A stretch of DNA of 64,000 nucleotides. It comes from Gekko japonicus (lineage: Eukaryota). Position 1 is the first letter of the stretch; every line of letters starts with the position of its first letter. Positions 1 through 11,746 of the stretch are shown here, one piece after another. Location of the stretch: assembly GCF_001447785.1 (NCBI RefSeq), contig NW_015168111.1, forward strand, positions 100,354-164,353, in the 5' to 3' direction. Position numbers and translations under genes: made by a program. A model generated the notes under the pieces. The model did no database searches. It worked only from the letters and a program-made list of their open reading frames with translations, and was not told the origin of the DNA.

Positions 1-107
1 GGACTCCTATTGGTTACATTAGGATCCTAGCCCAGGCTGAAGCTTAACATTAGGTTTCAATTAGGCGATTCGCATGTCAGTATTTACATTCAAGTCAATA
101 CATAACA
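1..107 (-). mobile_element. Possible LTR end abutting or inserted in a hAT MITE
   Basis: Ends CATAACA (TGTTATG on minus) right before MITE sequence. Contains CCTATTGGTT, as does the LTR-like element at about 61290. Truncated by the window edge. Confidence 0.3.
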
Positions 108-535
108 ATTAGCATAACTCATTAGCATATGCCACACCCCCTGACATCACCAGAAGTGTGTCATAAGGCCACACCCCCTGACATCACTGGAAGTGTGTCA
201 TAAGGCCACACACCCCGCCCCCAACGGTCCCGGCCGCCACCGCCAGCCTTGCTGCTCCACTGCCGAGCCCCATGAGGGGCCCAGCGGTGGACCTGCAAGG
301 CCAGCAGGAGTGCAAGGAAGCCCTGGAAGGCCCTCCCTGGCCCCAGGCAGGCAGGGGTGGGGAGAGGCAGGGAGGAAGCAACTTACCCTCCCTCTTCTCC
401 TGCCTCCTCCTGGCTGAATGAGGGCCGGAAGCAGGGCGGATGGAAGCAGGGGGCGGGGCTTTGTCATGTGCCCCGCCCCCCCACCTCACCCGGTGGAACT
501 GCGTTCCCCTGCGTTCCCCCCCGAAATGACCTCTG
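108..535 (+). mobile_element. Partial non-autonomous hAT-type DNA transposon (related to 3336-3712)
   Basis: ATTAGCATA and GGCCACACCC subterminal motifs shared with 3336-3712. Right end ...TGCGTTCC...GAAATGACCTCTG (CAG-type terminus). Internal 37-bp tandem repeat at 131-167/168-204. Confidence 0.6.
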
Positions 536-1974
536 GTTACAGCATCCCTAGACTGGATCTGTGGATGCCATTGCAGAGATGCATTTGGCCATTTAGAAAG
601 GCTGTGGGGGCCCAATGGCATGGTGGGACTAGGTGAACTTGGCCCTAATGCCTTTTTAAGTGCCAATTCAGGTGAAGGACATTTTAAAATGGAATTAGCA
701 TCCACAGGCTGGACTTGTGGATGCTGTAGTTTGTGGATGCAGTAGTTTGGCCCTGTGTGGGACTGTTCTGTGCTATTATAATGCAGATTTATGGGTCACT
801 CCACCAAATGTATAAAACTATTCATGGGGGGTTGTAAAGGAAATATGGTCACATAGGAAAGTTAGCAATTTTCATTGTTTACTGTATGTGATTTTATTGC
901 ATCACCATATCTAATGTTCAACTTGCATCCAGCTGTACTCAAGAGACTGCAGTCATGAGCAGATAAGACAGCTCTTTCTGCAAAGCCTCAGGTTTGCAGA
1001 CAAATCTGATTTTTTAAAAAAGGATCAACTCAGTTACCAAATATTTAAAAAGCACCTCTACCTGTACCTTTAGGAAACGAACGCCCTCTGTGATCTCAGT
1101 GGCCATTGGGGTTGCTAGGCAATCATAATAATATATCTAGCCTTCAAAGTCTGATTTCTGTTCATAAAAGGCAAGGGGAGGGCCCTTTTCAGAGGTATTT
1201 TTACCTTCCATTCCCCTCGTTTTCCTTTCCCTGCTGTCTTCAGGCAGGCATCACTGGGGCCACACCAAGAAGCAACTAACAGGCAACTTGCTATGATGTA
1301 ATTTGCACAATTCATCTAGGTGCAGCAGTAGATAGCAGAAACTAGATGCCACTCAACTCACCTGGGCCCAGTGGCTGCCTCCACACAATTTTTACTTCTT
1401 CGCTGTGCCTGGTAGTGGCCAACATATTACTTAGCTGAGTGACTTGCTATTCTATTACTTTCATAATTTCTCCAGATTTCCCCAGGGACAGGCTGGGAGT
1501 GGGGAGAGAAACTGAAAGTCATTGTAAAACGGTGTTTACAGTATGGCTAGGATCTGGTAGACCTAGTTTCAGATCCCTAATCTGCCATGCAGTTTGCCTA
1601 GTTAACCTTGCAAAAGTCAACCTTGGGTTAGTCACCCTCTCTCAGCCGACTATAACTCACACTGAAAGGGACCAGAAGCTTAAATTTCTATGGAATATCT
1701 GTGAATTTAGAGGAACTAGTAGAGTGTGGCACTGGATGGCTATAATGTCATTTCTCAATAGTAAAATAGCAATTACTGATTTTTTTAAAGCCATCAAAAA
1801 GCCTCCAGTGGCAGGCTAGGGACACATGAAGAGAAAGTGGCAGCTGATGGAAGAAAATTTGCACAAAACTCCCAGTGCTGTATGCACGGCACTGATGACA
1901 AGGAAATGGAGAAACCATGCCATGTTGATGCAGCCAGATACACAGCCAGAGGTCGTTCTCATCACGAAGCACTA

Positions 1975-2056
1975 CATCCTTTTAAATAGAGATGGTGGAG
2001 ACTGACCCTGGGACTTTACCTATGCAAAGCTGATGCTACACCACTGAGCCACATCC
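1975..2056 (-). mobile_element. tRNA-derived SINE head fragment
   Basis: Reverse complement gives GTGGCTCAGTGGTGTAGCATCAGCTTTGCATAGG...CCCAGGGTCAGTCTCC, homologous to the head of 6465-6674. Confidence 0.6.
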
Positions 2057-2211
2057 TGTCCTCAAGTGTAATTAACCACATGCAATGGCATTTCAGTGCA
2101 GTCTTCCTTGGCGTCATGGGTGCCCATTCTGCAGTTCTTGCCCTGTCTTGTTCTGCTTGTATTAGTAGTTCTTCTCCCAGAGATTCAGAGCAAAAAAAAT
2201 TAGTCTAGAGT

Positions 2212-2757
2212 ATGTCCTTTGTTATGTTGCAGTATGCTACCCACCACATTACCACGTGATAATGAACAAGACACAATGTCCCAGAATGGTAGGAGGTTCT
2301 TGGATTATCAGCATTCTTTGTGCATGACCGCACATTGTGGACATCATTTGCTTTTTTTGTGAGCCAAATAAGATCAGTCAATTATTCTGTGACATCTTGC
2401 AACTGCTAAAGCTTGCCTGCATCAACACATTTGGCAATGAAATGACAATCCTTGTTATGTGGCATAATTTTGGGTTAGTCTTCTGCTCTTCAATCATTGT
2501 ATTCTATGTTAAGTTATTTCCACAATCTGAAGAATTCAGTTTTCACGAAGCAAGTTCAAAGCTAGTTTGCCCCAACTCATGATTTTTTTGTTTGTTGACA
2601 TTAACTAGGATGTTTACATACATCAAGATCAGAGTCTTCAATCTCTGAGGAAATAATGGTAGCTCTGTTGTATTCTATGGTGTAGCCGGTAGCAAACCCA
2701 GTCATTTACAGTCTGAGCCAAAAGGACATCAGGAAAGCTCTTTTAAAGCTGATTTTT
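2212..2757 (+). pseudogene. Degraded olfactory receptor pseudogene (TM3-TM7 remnant)
   Basis: Across frameshifts and stops it reads MSF/YVAVCYPPHYHVIMNK...GGSW...FCEPNKISQLFCDILQLLKLACINT...MVALLYSMV*PVANPVIYSLSQKDIRKAL. These are relics of the MAYDRYVAIC, HFFCD-LLKLAC and PMLNPxIYSLRN motifs. Confidence 0.9.
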
Positions 2758-2774
2758 GTGTGTGTGTGTGTGTG
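2757..2774. repeat. (TG)n microsatellite
   Basis: Visible directly at the pseudogene 3' end. Confidence 0.9.
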
Positions 2775-3335
2775 AACAAGATACCTTTAGCAATGTGCAG
2801 GGACAAAGAGACAGGACAATATTTTCCAGTTTAAATATGATTTTATGATAGAAGCAGCGTGCATGTGTTTAGAGCATCCACAGTAACAGGGTCCTTGGAT
2901 TACTCATTTGGGGGAAAGAATGTGTGAAATATTGAATTTTGTTGGTGAATAAACATTATAGCTGACCTTTTGGCCCACAAAGCTTAATATTTCATTCTGA
3001 GGATGATGAACATATTTGATGGTTGGCAGTTTAGTCTGCATTTTAAAGGATCATATTTTAATTAAAATATCTTGAATCTAACAATTAAACACGAGAAATT
3101 ATTTTGCATCCCTAATTATACATTTTTATTTTAAACAATATTAAGAAAAACATATTTAAACAACAACAATACATATAAAAGTGCAGAATACATGTGGAAT
3201 ATTTGTAGGAGAATGTATAACAATCCTAATTATGCATTTTTAAATGATGCTGCTGGTCACAGAGCAACCTTTGACAGCTTATAATGCTCATAATAGCCAC
3301 ATTTTCCCCTTCTGGTTTGCATTAATATATTTGAA

Positions 3336-3712
3336 TAGGGCTTTTTTGTAGAAAAATCCCAGCAGGAACTAATTAGCATAACAGGCCACACCCAACAGCA
3401 GAAACTCATTAGCATATTAGGTCACACCCCATGCCTTCCCTAGGCTTGCCTGGGTCCCCCGTGGCTGCAGGGTGCCCGGGCAAGCTGGCCCTTGGACAGG
3501 CCGGGGAATGCACTGGGAGGCATTTAAATGCCCCCCGATCCTTCCAGGGGTTCCTCTGGCCCACCCACCTCGGAGTCGCCGGGTGGGGGGGTCGCTCTCC
3601 ATGCTTTCCCTCTGTAGCCATGCATGCAGAGGTTTTGGCTGTAGTGGGCATGGCTAACTCTGAAGCCAGCCGGAACTCTTTTCCTGTGCGTTCCTGCCCA
3701 AAAATAGCCCTG
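3336..3712 (+). mobile_element. Non-autonomous hAT DNA transposon (MITE)
   Basis: Imperfect TIRs TAGGGCTTTTTT...AAAATAGCCCTG. Perfect 8-bp TSD TATTTGAA at 3328-3335 and 3713-3720. Confidence 0.85.
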
Positions 3713-5121
3713 TATTTGAACCAATGTAGAATTCCCTTCCTTTCTACAGCCTCTTCTCTCCTCTTCTCCTCTCCCTCCCAACCACACTTCCTGCCACTTT
3801 GCTGCACCTGTGACACCTGGTCAAGTTGGTGTCAGTTTGTAAAGCAGGTGATCTGCCAGTCAGCTTGCCACTGGGTGGTCTGGCAGAGATAATCTCTCCC
3901 TCCCTTCCTCCATATCCTTCCTCCCACTTTTCCTGATTCTGTTTTGGAAGCCTCGGGGATGCTGGACTTCAGGATACTCTGGGAAATGTAGTCCTCAGGG
4001 TGCTTTATATTACAAAAACATACATCTTGAGGACTACACTTCCCAGGGTGAACCTAAGGGCTGAACGTAATGCTATAGCATCTGCCAGTCTGTCAGGGGG
4101 ACTTGCCATCATTTAGGAGCTGAGATTCCCCAGTGGGAACAGCACTGTTAGAGCCCAATTTGGCTTGAGATCATGGTGTGGGAGAAGGAGGAGGGGTTCC
4201 TGCTTCCCCCCCCTGCTGTTTTCCCAAGCTGAAATAAAACCAGGGATGGGGTATTATTTACCCTGCTGCAGAGGCCTCATAATGTCCCTGGCACCATTTT
4301 GGCTAAGAAAACAGCATGGAGAGCCTCCCCCCATGCTGTAGACCCACACCAGGTTAAAGTCCAAAATGGTAGTGAGTCCTGTGGTGGTTCTAAGTGATAG
4401 GGAAGGAAAGAGAGATTCCTTCTGCCCATCTACCTTTCGGTTGCCTAGCTGATCAGCTAGCTACCTACATAGCTGTTGCCTCCAATCTCTGGCTGCACAG
4501 TAAACTGTGGGGGAGAACAGAAGGGAGCGAGGGGCAGTCTTTTTATCGAGTTTGAATTTGGGCTCAGAAACAAATAGGCATTTGCTAACAAATAACTCAG
4601 TTGTTGTTTTTTCCCCTGATTCCAATTATAAAGTCAGTCAAGAGGGTCAAATCCATCCCTGGTTTTCCAAACCTTAGTGAATTATCTCCTAATTGAATTA
4701 TCTCCAATTTTGCTCAACAAATACTGGCTCCAATGCAATATTTCATAAACATTATCTCTGCCACAATTATGTTGGAATAAACATTATTTAAAAAAGGAGT
4801 TCTTTTCTTCATATTGCCTAACTTACCGTATCTCTTCTCCTGGCAGCCGGGAACATTATCAGTGTCAGGTCTACATGTGTCCACTGATATGGGGTGGGAT
4901 TCAACCAGCTTCTGCTCTGGTGAAAATGAAAGGTGTTCACTGTGACCACCTTTTAAAAAAAATACTATGCTGGGAGTCATTGAAAAAGCCACATGGGACA
5001 GAGAAGTAGAAGTAGAGTAAGCAGTAGAATTTATTGAAACTGACTGAAAAAGCTGGCTTTCCCCCCAAAAAAAATTAGGAAATCTCCATGCTATAACATC
5101 CATGTAAAAAACAAACAAACA

Positions 5122-6066
5122 CTATACAGTCTGCGAGAAGAGTTTCCAACCTAGAGTTCTCTTCAGGGATTCCCTCACTTCATAGTTCCTCAGAGCATAG
5201 ACAATGGGATTTAGCATAGGAGTGACAACTGTGTAGAACAAAGACAGTATTTTTTTGACTTCGGGTGAATAGTTGGATTTGGGTCTTAGATAGACGAGGC
5301 TCCCACTTCCATAGAACAAAATCACCACAATGAGATGAGATGAGCAAGTTGAGAAGGCCTTGCTTCTACCCTCTACTGTAGACATTCTGAGCATGGTGGT
5401 GATGATACGGGTATAGGAGATCAGGATGAGCACAAAAGGGAACATGAGGAAAACAAGGGTGGAGGCTATGGATTGCATTTCATATTGGTGGGTGTCTGTA
5501 CAGACCAGCTTCAACACTGGTGGGGCGTCACAAAAGAAATGATTGATTTTGTTATGACCACAAAAAGGAAGATTGAAGATCCAAGCTGCTTGCAGCAGTG
5601 AGACGGGGATTCCAATCACCCAGACTCCACCCATCAACTTGTAGCAGAAGGTCCTATTCATAACAGTGGCATAGCGCAGGGGGTTGCAGATGGCAACATA
5701 GCGATCATAGGACATAGCAGCTAAAAGAAAACACTCTGCACATCCAAAGTGGAAGAAGCAGTACATTTGAATGGCACAGCCGACGAAGGAGATAGTTTTG
5801 TCCTTCACCAGCAGGTTGATGAGCATTAGAGGGACTGTGTCCAAAGTGAAGCAGATCTCAATGAAAGCCAGGTTTCTCAGAAAGAAGTACATGGGAGACT
5901 GGAGGGCAGCATCCACCATGATGATGACAATAATGAGGATGTTCCCAGTCACTGTAGCAATGTACATTACCAAAACTAGAGGGAACAGAAACAACTCTAT
6001 GTTTGGCATGCTGGAAAATCCAACCAGGATAAATTCCTTCACCAAACTTTGGTTTCTCCACTTCAT
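5122..6066 (-). CDS. Olfactory receptor, family 10A (OR10A7-like), 314 aa
   Basis: Intact ORF with NQS glycosylation site, LQSPMYFFL, MSYDRYVAIC, HFFCD, KAFSTCSSH and PMLNPIVY. YEMQSIASTLVFLMFPF resembles OR10A7. Start placed at MKWRNQS because the upstream extension is a polypyrimidine tract ending in AG. Confidence 0.96.
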   Translation of the reverse strand: MKWRNQSLVKEFILVGFSSMPNIELFLFPLVLVMYIATVTGNILIIVIIMVDAALQSPMYFFLRNLAFIEICFTLDTVPLMLINLLVKDKTISFVGCAIQMYCFFHFGCAECFLLAAMSYDRYVAICNPLRYATVMNRTFCYKLMGGVWVIGIPVSLLQAAWIFNLPFCGHNKINHFFCDAPPVLKLVCTDTHQYEMQSIASTLVFLMFPFVLILISYTRIITTMLRMSTVEGRSKAFSTCSSHLIVVILFYGSGSLVYLRPKSNYSPEVKKILSLFYTVVTPMLNPIVYALRNYEVRESLKRTLGWKLFSQTV

Positions 6067-6464
6067 TTCTTCGAAAGGATTTCTGTTAGAAGATGTAGTA
6101 AGAAGAAGGAGATAGAAGAGGAAATCCATTCAGAAAGTCAATATTATGTAACTCTAATAGTGAGATAGAATCCCCCCTTTCCATTCCTTTATAGTTCCAT
6201 GTTTGCTGTGTTTCACATTCTACACCTTATTGTTGATGTAACTTCAACCACTGCTGTAATGTATTACTTACACTCAGGCCTCTCAGCAGTCCAGAGGGAC
6301 CCAGGCCAATTCCAGCTTTTAAGACACTTAAAAAAGTGTCAACATGTGATCTGCATTAAAAACATCAGTGAAATTTAATAAATCGGCAAGTATCTAATCT
6401 GAGGCCACCTTTGAGGCCCAATGCCCCCCCCCCCCGAATGACCATGGTTAGAGTATTATGGATA

Positions 6465-6674
6465 GGGGCTGTGGCTCAGTGGTACAGCATCTGCTTGGTA
6501 TACAGAAGGTTCCAGGTTCAATCATCGGCATCTCCAGTTAAAAGGACCAGGCAGTATGTGTTGTGAAAGACCTCTGCCTAAGACCCTGGAGAACTGCTGC
6601 CAGTCTGAGTAGACAATACTGACCTTGATGGACCAATGGTCTGATTCAGTATAAGGCATCATCATGTGTGTTCA
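6465..6674 (+). mobile_element. tRNA-derived SINE with CR1-type 3' tail
   Basis: A box TGGCTCAGTGG, B box GGTTCAATC, tail GATGGACCAATGGTCTGATTCAGTATAAGGCA...ATGTGTTCA. Homologous copies at 24031 and 57678. Confidence 0.8.
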
Positions 6675-6986
6675 CTAGGGTACAGGGAATCTGTTCAAAT
6701 CCCCACTCTTTCAGGAACCATGGCCAGTCACGATCTCTCGGCACATTTAACCTCACATACTTCTTATACTGTGAGTTCACTGGGGGAAAGATGGAATTAA
6801 AATTTTCTAGACTAAAATAAACTTAATTTCAGCACAGTTTGCCATAGTTTCTAGTGCCTCCAGTCCAGTCACACTAGTTATTCCTTATTTCTATATCATT
6901 GCTCAAATTTAAACGAATAAAATACTACCTTGATTTGGGGGTTTTGTATGATTACATCTAGATGGTTTTCACACACAAGAACAAAG

Positions 6987-7197
6987 ATTGCCAACTCTGA
7001 CTGGGGAAATTCCTGCATATTGGGGGCATTATCATGGTAGGGCAGAGGTTTTTTGGGGGGGAGAGTTTGGCAGTGGTGTGATGCCATAGTCCACCCCCCA
7101 AAGCTGTCATTTCCTCCAGAGGAAGTGATCTTTGTCATCTGGAGATCCGCTGTGTACATCAGAGAACTCCAGGCTGCACCTGGAGGCTGTTAAAACT
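6987..7197 (-). mobile_element. hAT-like repeat (TAGGGTTGCCA-terminus family)
   Basis: Reverse-complement homology to 48776-48988. Confidence 0.6.
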
Positions 7198-7560
7198 AGA
7201 AAACATCTCCGAGGGCATTTTTAGAGTACTGTCTAAAATAATTTTTGTACAACCCTACAGTGATGTGTGAGTAGAAAGGGAAATGTACGTAGCACAACCA
7301 GAAGTGCAGTGACTGCAGCAACGCCAAGAACCTCAATATGATTTTTTAAATAAAATAACACTCAAACGGAACATTGGAATGTACAGCAGTCCACATAGTT
7401 TAATTTAATTTGATTTTGAAGTTGTACAAGAAGAAATATCCCATGCTATGTATAACAGCCAGTGGAGATACAGTGGATGGATCCAGCACAAAATCTTTAA
7501 TTGCATGAGACACAAGCATCTAGGTTAAGCTAGATTTTAGTAATAGCTGCCCAACATCAG

Positions 7561-7584
7561 CACACACACACACACACACACACA
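7561..7584. repeat. (CA)12 microsatellite
   Basis: Seen directly. Confidence 0.95.
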
Positions 7585-8200
7585 ATCCATAACTTTTGAA
7601 TGTGGGTTGTAAATTAATAGGGCTGCCTACCACAGCTACTAGCATTTTGGGTAAACCTACACTGTCTTCAAACCTGACAAATGTTGCTGCTGGCCTTTAA
7701 AACTCTAGCCTGCACACAAAACAGTTCTGAGAGATGCTATGTCATATCTTCCTTCCCCTACATGCTACTCAAGCTTGGGGCTGTCCCCCTCTTCCCATCC
7801 ACCTGGCCACTCAAGTCAATGATGGGATGGTTGGAGAACAACCTTTTTTCCATAGATGCCTCAAGGTGCTTGCCAGTGGTCTAGCCTATGTCATAAAAAC
7901 AACCCATTGCAAAGATGACTATGCCTTAACTAGTCTAAAAACCAGGCTGAATGAAATTCTATGCCAACGCTGGCTGGAGAAAGTGAAAAATGAAGCCCAC
8001 AATATTCTTACTTTATCCCATTAATGGTAACCAACTATTCCTTTGTGTAGGTGAGCCAACAAGCAGAAAGCCTGCTGAAGGGTGGGAAATACAGCTTAAA
8101 TAGCTATTGCAATCCTTTGACCATCAGCTTGTCCAGCAGGAGGCATTCCGCTTTGACAATGACCTTTTTCAGCTTCATTCGAAAATTGACTACAACAAAA

Positions 8201-8280
8201 CTATACCTTACAACTAATGATATGCCAATAAAGGTCAATGAATGAATGAATGAATGAATGAATGAATGAATGAATGAATG
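8201..8280 (+). mobile_element. Very short 5'-truncated LINE 3' end with (AATG)11 tail
   Basis: TATGCCAATAAAGGT followed by (AATG)n, flanked by the 14-bp direct repeat TGACTACAACAAAA (8187-8200, 8279-8292). Confidence 0.7.
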
Positions 8281-9942
8281 ACTACAACAAAATGCATCCC
8301 AGTCCTGTTCACACTGGAAACTGGATCTTGAGATTTCTACAGAAAATATCACATTGCTTGTTTAGGGGCCTTGGTTGTTAACCGCCCTCACTGTAAGTGC
8401 TGGAGGTCAATAAAGTCAAATAATGATAATTCCTCCTTCTTCTAGCAGTTCCTTTGTTTAGGCAGGTGCACACAACATCCCGTGTCTTGTTGTAATTGGT
8501 CCTACACCCTGTATTAGGCTTCCTACAGATATGGACAACCTCCTCCCCCTTTCATTTTGTGGCTGTGCCTACAAAACGGCTTTGTATAAGGGAGCCTTTG
8601 AGGCTTTCCATGAGGGGACGGGAAAATCAAGAACTGCCCTATGCAGATGCCACATTGCATTTGAAGTGGTGTTATGTCTACAACATGGCCTCAGGCAGAA
8701 GCAGCTTGTGCCTTCTAATAAAAGTGGTCTATACATTTTAAAATAAATACTAAGATAAACCAATTTGGTAAGTTAGAAGTAATGAGTAGTACCAGCAAAA
8801 ATATTTTCCTGCTTCAACATTTCCCTCCAAGAATACTTAAAACTCCATGTCTCCTATTCAAGGAATGCCATACCTACCTCAAACATTCAGAAGGTAACCA
8901 ATGGTGATTACGTAGGCTGGGTATGCTAACTTTTTATGGTGGTGGTTGAAAAAGTAATTTCCTAGAAATTTTAAAGTGGTGAAAAGAAAAAAGAAAAGAA
9001 AAACTATTGTGATGTTTCCCAAGCATCGAACAGTTGTTGTATGCATGTCTTCCTTCCATGTAAAGTGCTATGTTTAGCTCAATGGTAGCATGACTGCTAC
9101 TTTCAGGAAGAGCTTAGTAAAAGCCATGGTGAGGTAGTATGCTCTCTTTCTGATTTTTAATTAGAACTTTATCTATGGTGTTTTAAAGAACAGAGCTTTG
9201 TTGCATTAATCCCAAGTAACCCATGTACCATTAGGGAATATATTTATTCCTTAGTAGGGAAAACATCTGGGAGTTGCTGACTTCCTCCATCTGTGTTATC
9301 TCTTAACTACAATAGAGTGCTAGCATATGTATGTCCCACAATATGGTTAGAAGGCACCCAGTACAGCAGTCTCACTACACCTAAACAATTCTATGTTTGG
9401 TGAGCTCCTAGCACCAGCCTTGGGTGCCAGAGATGGACATAATCCAACCATGAGAATTTTATAGTTTCGGTGTCATGACCTAGAAAACCATATTGTAGGA
9501 TGCCTCCTAATCTGTTCTCTATAAGCAAGCCCAGTCAAGTCTTCCCTGAAGCAGTGCCCGCAAGGTCTAGATAGCAGGAAGGGTTGACAGGAACTGAAGG
9601 CAAGGACCAGCAACACAACCTTATGCCTAACAGACCAGTTGACCCAGCAAAGCAGTCTTCCCAAGCCTGAGCATAAATTAGTTTGGAGGTAATCAGGTTC
9701 AGCTGGCAGGGGTTGAGCTACTGTGGCTGTGCTGAGCTTTGAGAAGGATCCTGCGAAGAAGTAGCAGTTTCACTGCATGGCTCTTGGATGGGGCTGCATG
9801 CAGCCAGTCTGGCACCATTTCTATTGGGCTGCTTCAGCCTAGCCTATCTGCTGCCCCTGTTCCTGCAGAGAAGGGATGGGGTCCAGGGGTGCTGTGGGCC
9901 CTGGTTTGATATCTCCACAATGGAAGCACAGTGGCTATCTCA

Positions 9943-10008
9943 GAGAGCCACTTTGGTGTAATGGTTAGGAGTACGGATTCTAATCTGGGAGAACCGGGTT
10001 CCTCCTCC
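9943..10008 (+). mobile_element. Squam3-type SINE head fragment
   Basis: GAGAGCCACTTTGGTGTAATGGTTAG...CTGGGAGAACCGGGTT matches the head of 33259-33546. Confidence 0.75.
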
Positions 10009-10009
10009 T

Positions 10010-10542
10010 GATGCGGTGATGTCATGCAGAAGTGACATCATCATCATAATTGGGGACGTTGCATGGCAATGCTCTGCATCTTGGACAAAGCCCTATTTTT
10101 TTGGCCTAAAACCATAGAGTGTTGCCCCAAAAGCAGAGCATTGCCATGCAACGTCCTGACATGATGAGGTCACTTCTGTGTGATGTCATCACATTGTGGA
10201 TGTCACTGTGCAATTTCCCTGTTTGGGGGTGAGGCTTCCCCCACCAACCAGTTGGCCAGTGGTGGGCAGAAGCCTGAAAAATCAGGGGAACCTCCACCTG
10301 GACCAGGGGTCTGGCAACCCTAACTACAACTGATCTCCGGACTACAGAGATCAGTCCTCCTGGGGGGAAATAGCTATTTGGAGGGTGGGCTCTAAGGCAT
10401 TATGCCCTGCTGAGGACCCTCCCCAAATTCCTCCCTTCTCAGGCTCTACCCTCAAATATCCAGAGTTGACAGCACAATACTGGTCTAATCTCAGAAGGCA
10501 GGAGCACTTGAAACAGGGCTAATACATTGGCCTTTGGCAACC
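10010..10542 (+). mobile_element. hAT-like repeat pieces (TAGGGTTGCCA family)
   Basis: Two TGGCAACC(C)TA termini (about 10312-10322 and 10534-10543) and the GATCAGT.C.CCTGG...GGAGGGTGG core shared with 48776-48988. Confidence 0.6.
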
Positions 10543-10805
10543 TAGGCCAGCCATAAACTGAGTGTGCCAGCCCACCCAGGCATATGTGAACTGTCTCAAT
10601 CTGGGCACACCCACCTTGCTGCAACCCCAGCTATCATGGACCTGGGCAAGCTGGTGCCTGCTGGTTCTTCATCCCCACTCCCTCCCTCATGGTGGGAGGT
10701 TTGCTCAGATGACCCTAGTGGTCAGATATGTTTAGGAGCATTTCTTTCTGCTTTATGTCGCTCCAGAATATGATACAAATAGACCTAATCTCTGCACTGA
10801 TTGAT

Positions 10806-10995
10806 GGTGGAAAGTGCCATGAAGTCACAGCTGACTTATGGCGACCCTGTAGCGTTTTCAAGGCAAGAGATGTTCATAGGCGGTTTGCCATGGCTTGCCT
10901 CCATGCCATGCCCCTGGTATTCCTTGGAGGTCTCCCATTCAAATACTAGCCAGGGTCATCCCTGCTTAATTTCCGAGATCTGATGAAACTGGACT
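10806..10995 (-). mobile_element. 5S rRNA-derived SINE with RTE-type tail
   Basis: Minus strand has 5S-like ATCAGATCTCGGAAATTAAGCAGGG...TAGTATTTGAATGGGAGACC and tail GGGTCGCCATAAGTCAGCTGTGACTT...GGCACTTTCCACC. Confidence 0.85.
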
Positions 10996-11601
10996 GATTA
11001 AGCCATAACTAATTATGGCAGGAATAGGGTGGGTTGCTCAGTATATGTAGGATGAATAGATGTGTATCAAGAAGCAACAGATGATATAGGGCTGTTACTG
11101 CAGCTTGCAATTCCTATTAGGATCCTATTGGGAATAATTAGTAGGACAGAGGTGTTGTGTGGTCACTGCTGATAAGGTGCTACTAAGTAGGTAGATAGCA
11201 TTTATTGTGTGGGGCCAAAAGCCATTGAAATAATCATGGGCTAATGGTGCTATCCTATGCATCCAATTTTTATTCTTTGCTATAACCTTGCTGATCAGCT
11301 CCCAAGTGGTGTCATTAAACATCAAGGGTGCTGCATTGTCAGTTTTCCCATAGGAGAAGTGAGGACACAATAGCTGCTTTAAAGACAGCTTGCAACAAGA
11401 ATCACCTAGGAGTCACAGCCAGTTTCTGAGCTAACACCCCCCCCCCATTAACCACAAAGAAAAAGGGGGGGACTCTGAAGCTCTTACATTTTCTATAATA
11501 GAAACATTCAGTAATTAGAGATTCCAATGCAAATACCTTTCCCCCAATGTGAACTGCAAAAAAGGGCTACTGTTTTTGTGCAGCTCATAAGAGAACGGTG
11601 A

Positions 11602-11746
11602 TACTAAATAATCCACTAAATACTAAATAATCCACTTTCAATGCACTTTCCAACCGGATTTTACTGTGTGAACTTGGCATGATCCTGTTGGAAAGTGCAC
11701 TGAAAGTGGATGGAAAGTGGATTATTTCGCATGTGTGACTGCAGCC
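11602..11746. mobile_element. Palindromic MITE (GGCTGCAGTCACAC family), left end lost
   Basis: Homologous to 47317-47426 and 52102-52221; internal inverted repeat. Confidence 0.75.

Noticed and set aside
131-212. CRISPR-like 37-38 bp repeats (also 42998)
   Set aside because: Head-to-tail tandem units without spacers, in eukaryotic DNA with no cas genes.
184-705. GC-rich overlapping ORFs (up to 173 aa)
   Set aside because: They lie in a hAT-type repeat and have low-complexity P/G/R/A translations with no domain.
3409-3892. Cluster of 61-153 aa ORFs
   Set aside because: Mostly inside the TSD-bounded MITE 3336-3712.
4714-5118. 134-aa ORF directly after the OR stop (read-through or second cistron)
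   Set aside because: No ATG start, AT-rich 3' flank, no recognisable motif.
6465-6540. tRNA genes at SINE heads (also 24031, 33259, 42213)
   Set aside because: A and B boxes are present, but there is no intact cloverleaf and each continues into a SINE body.
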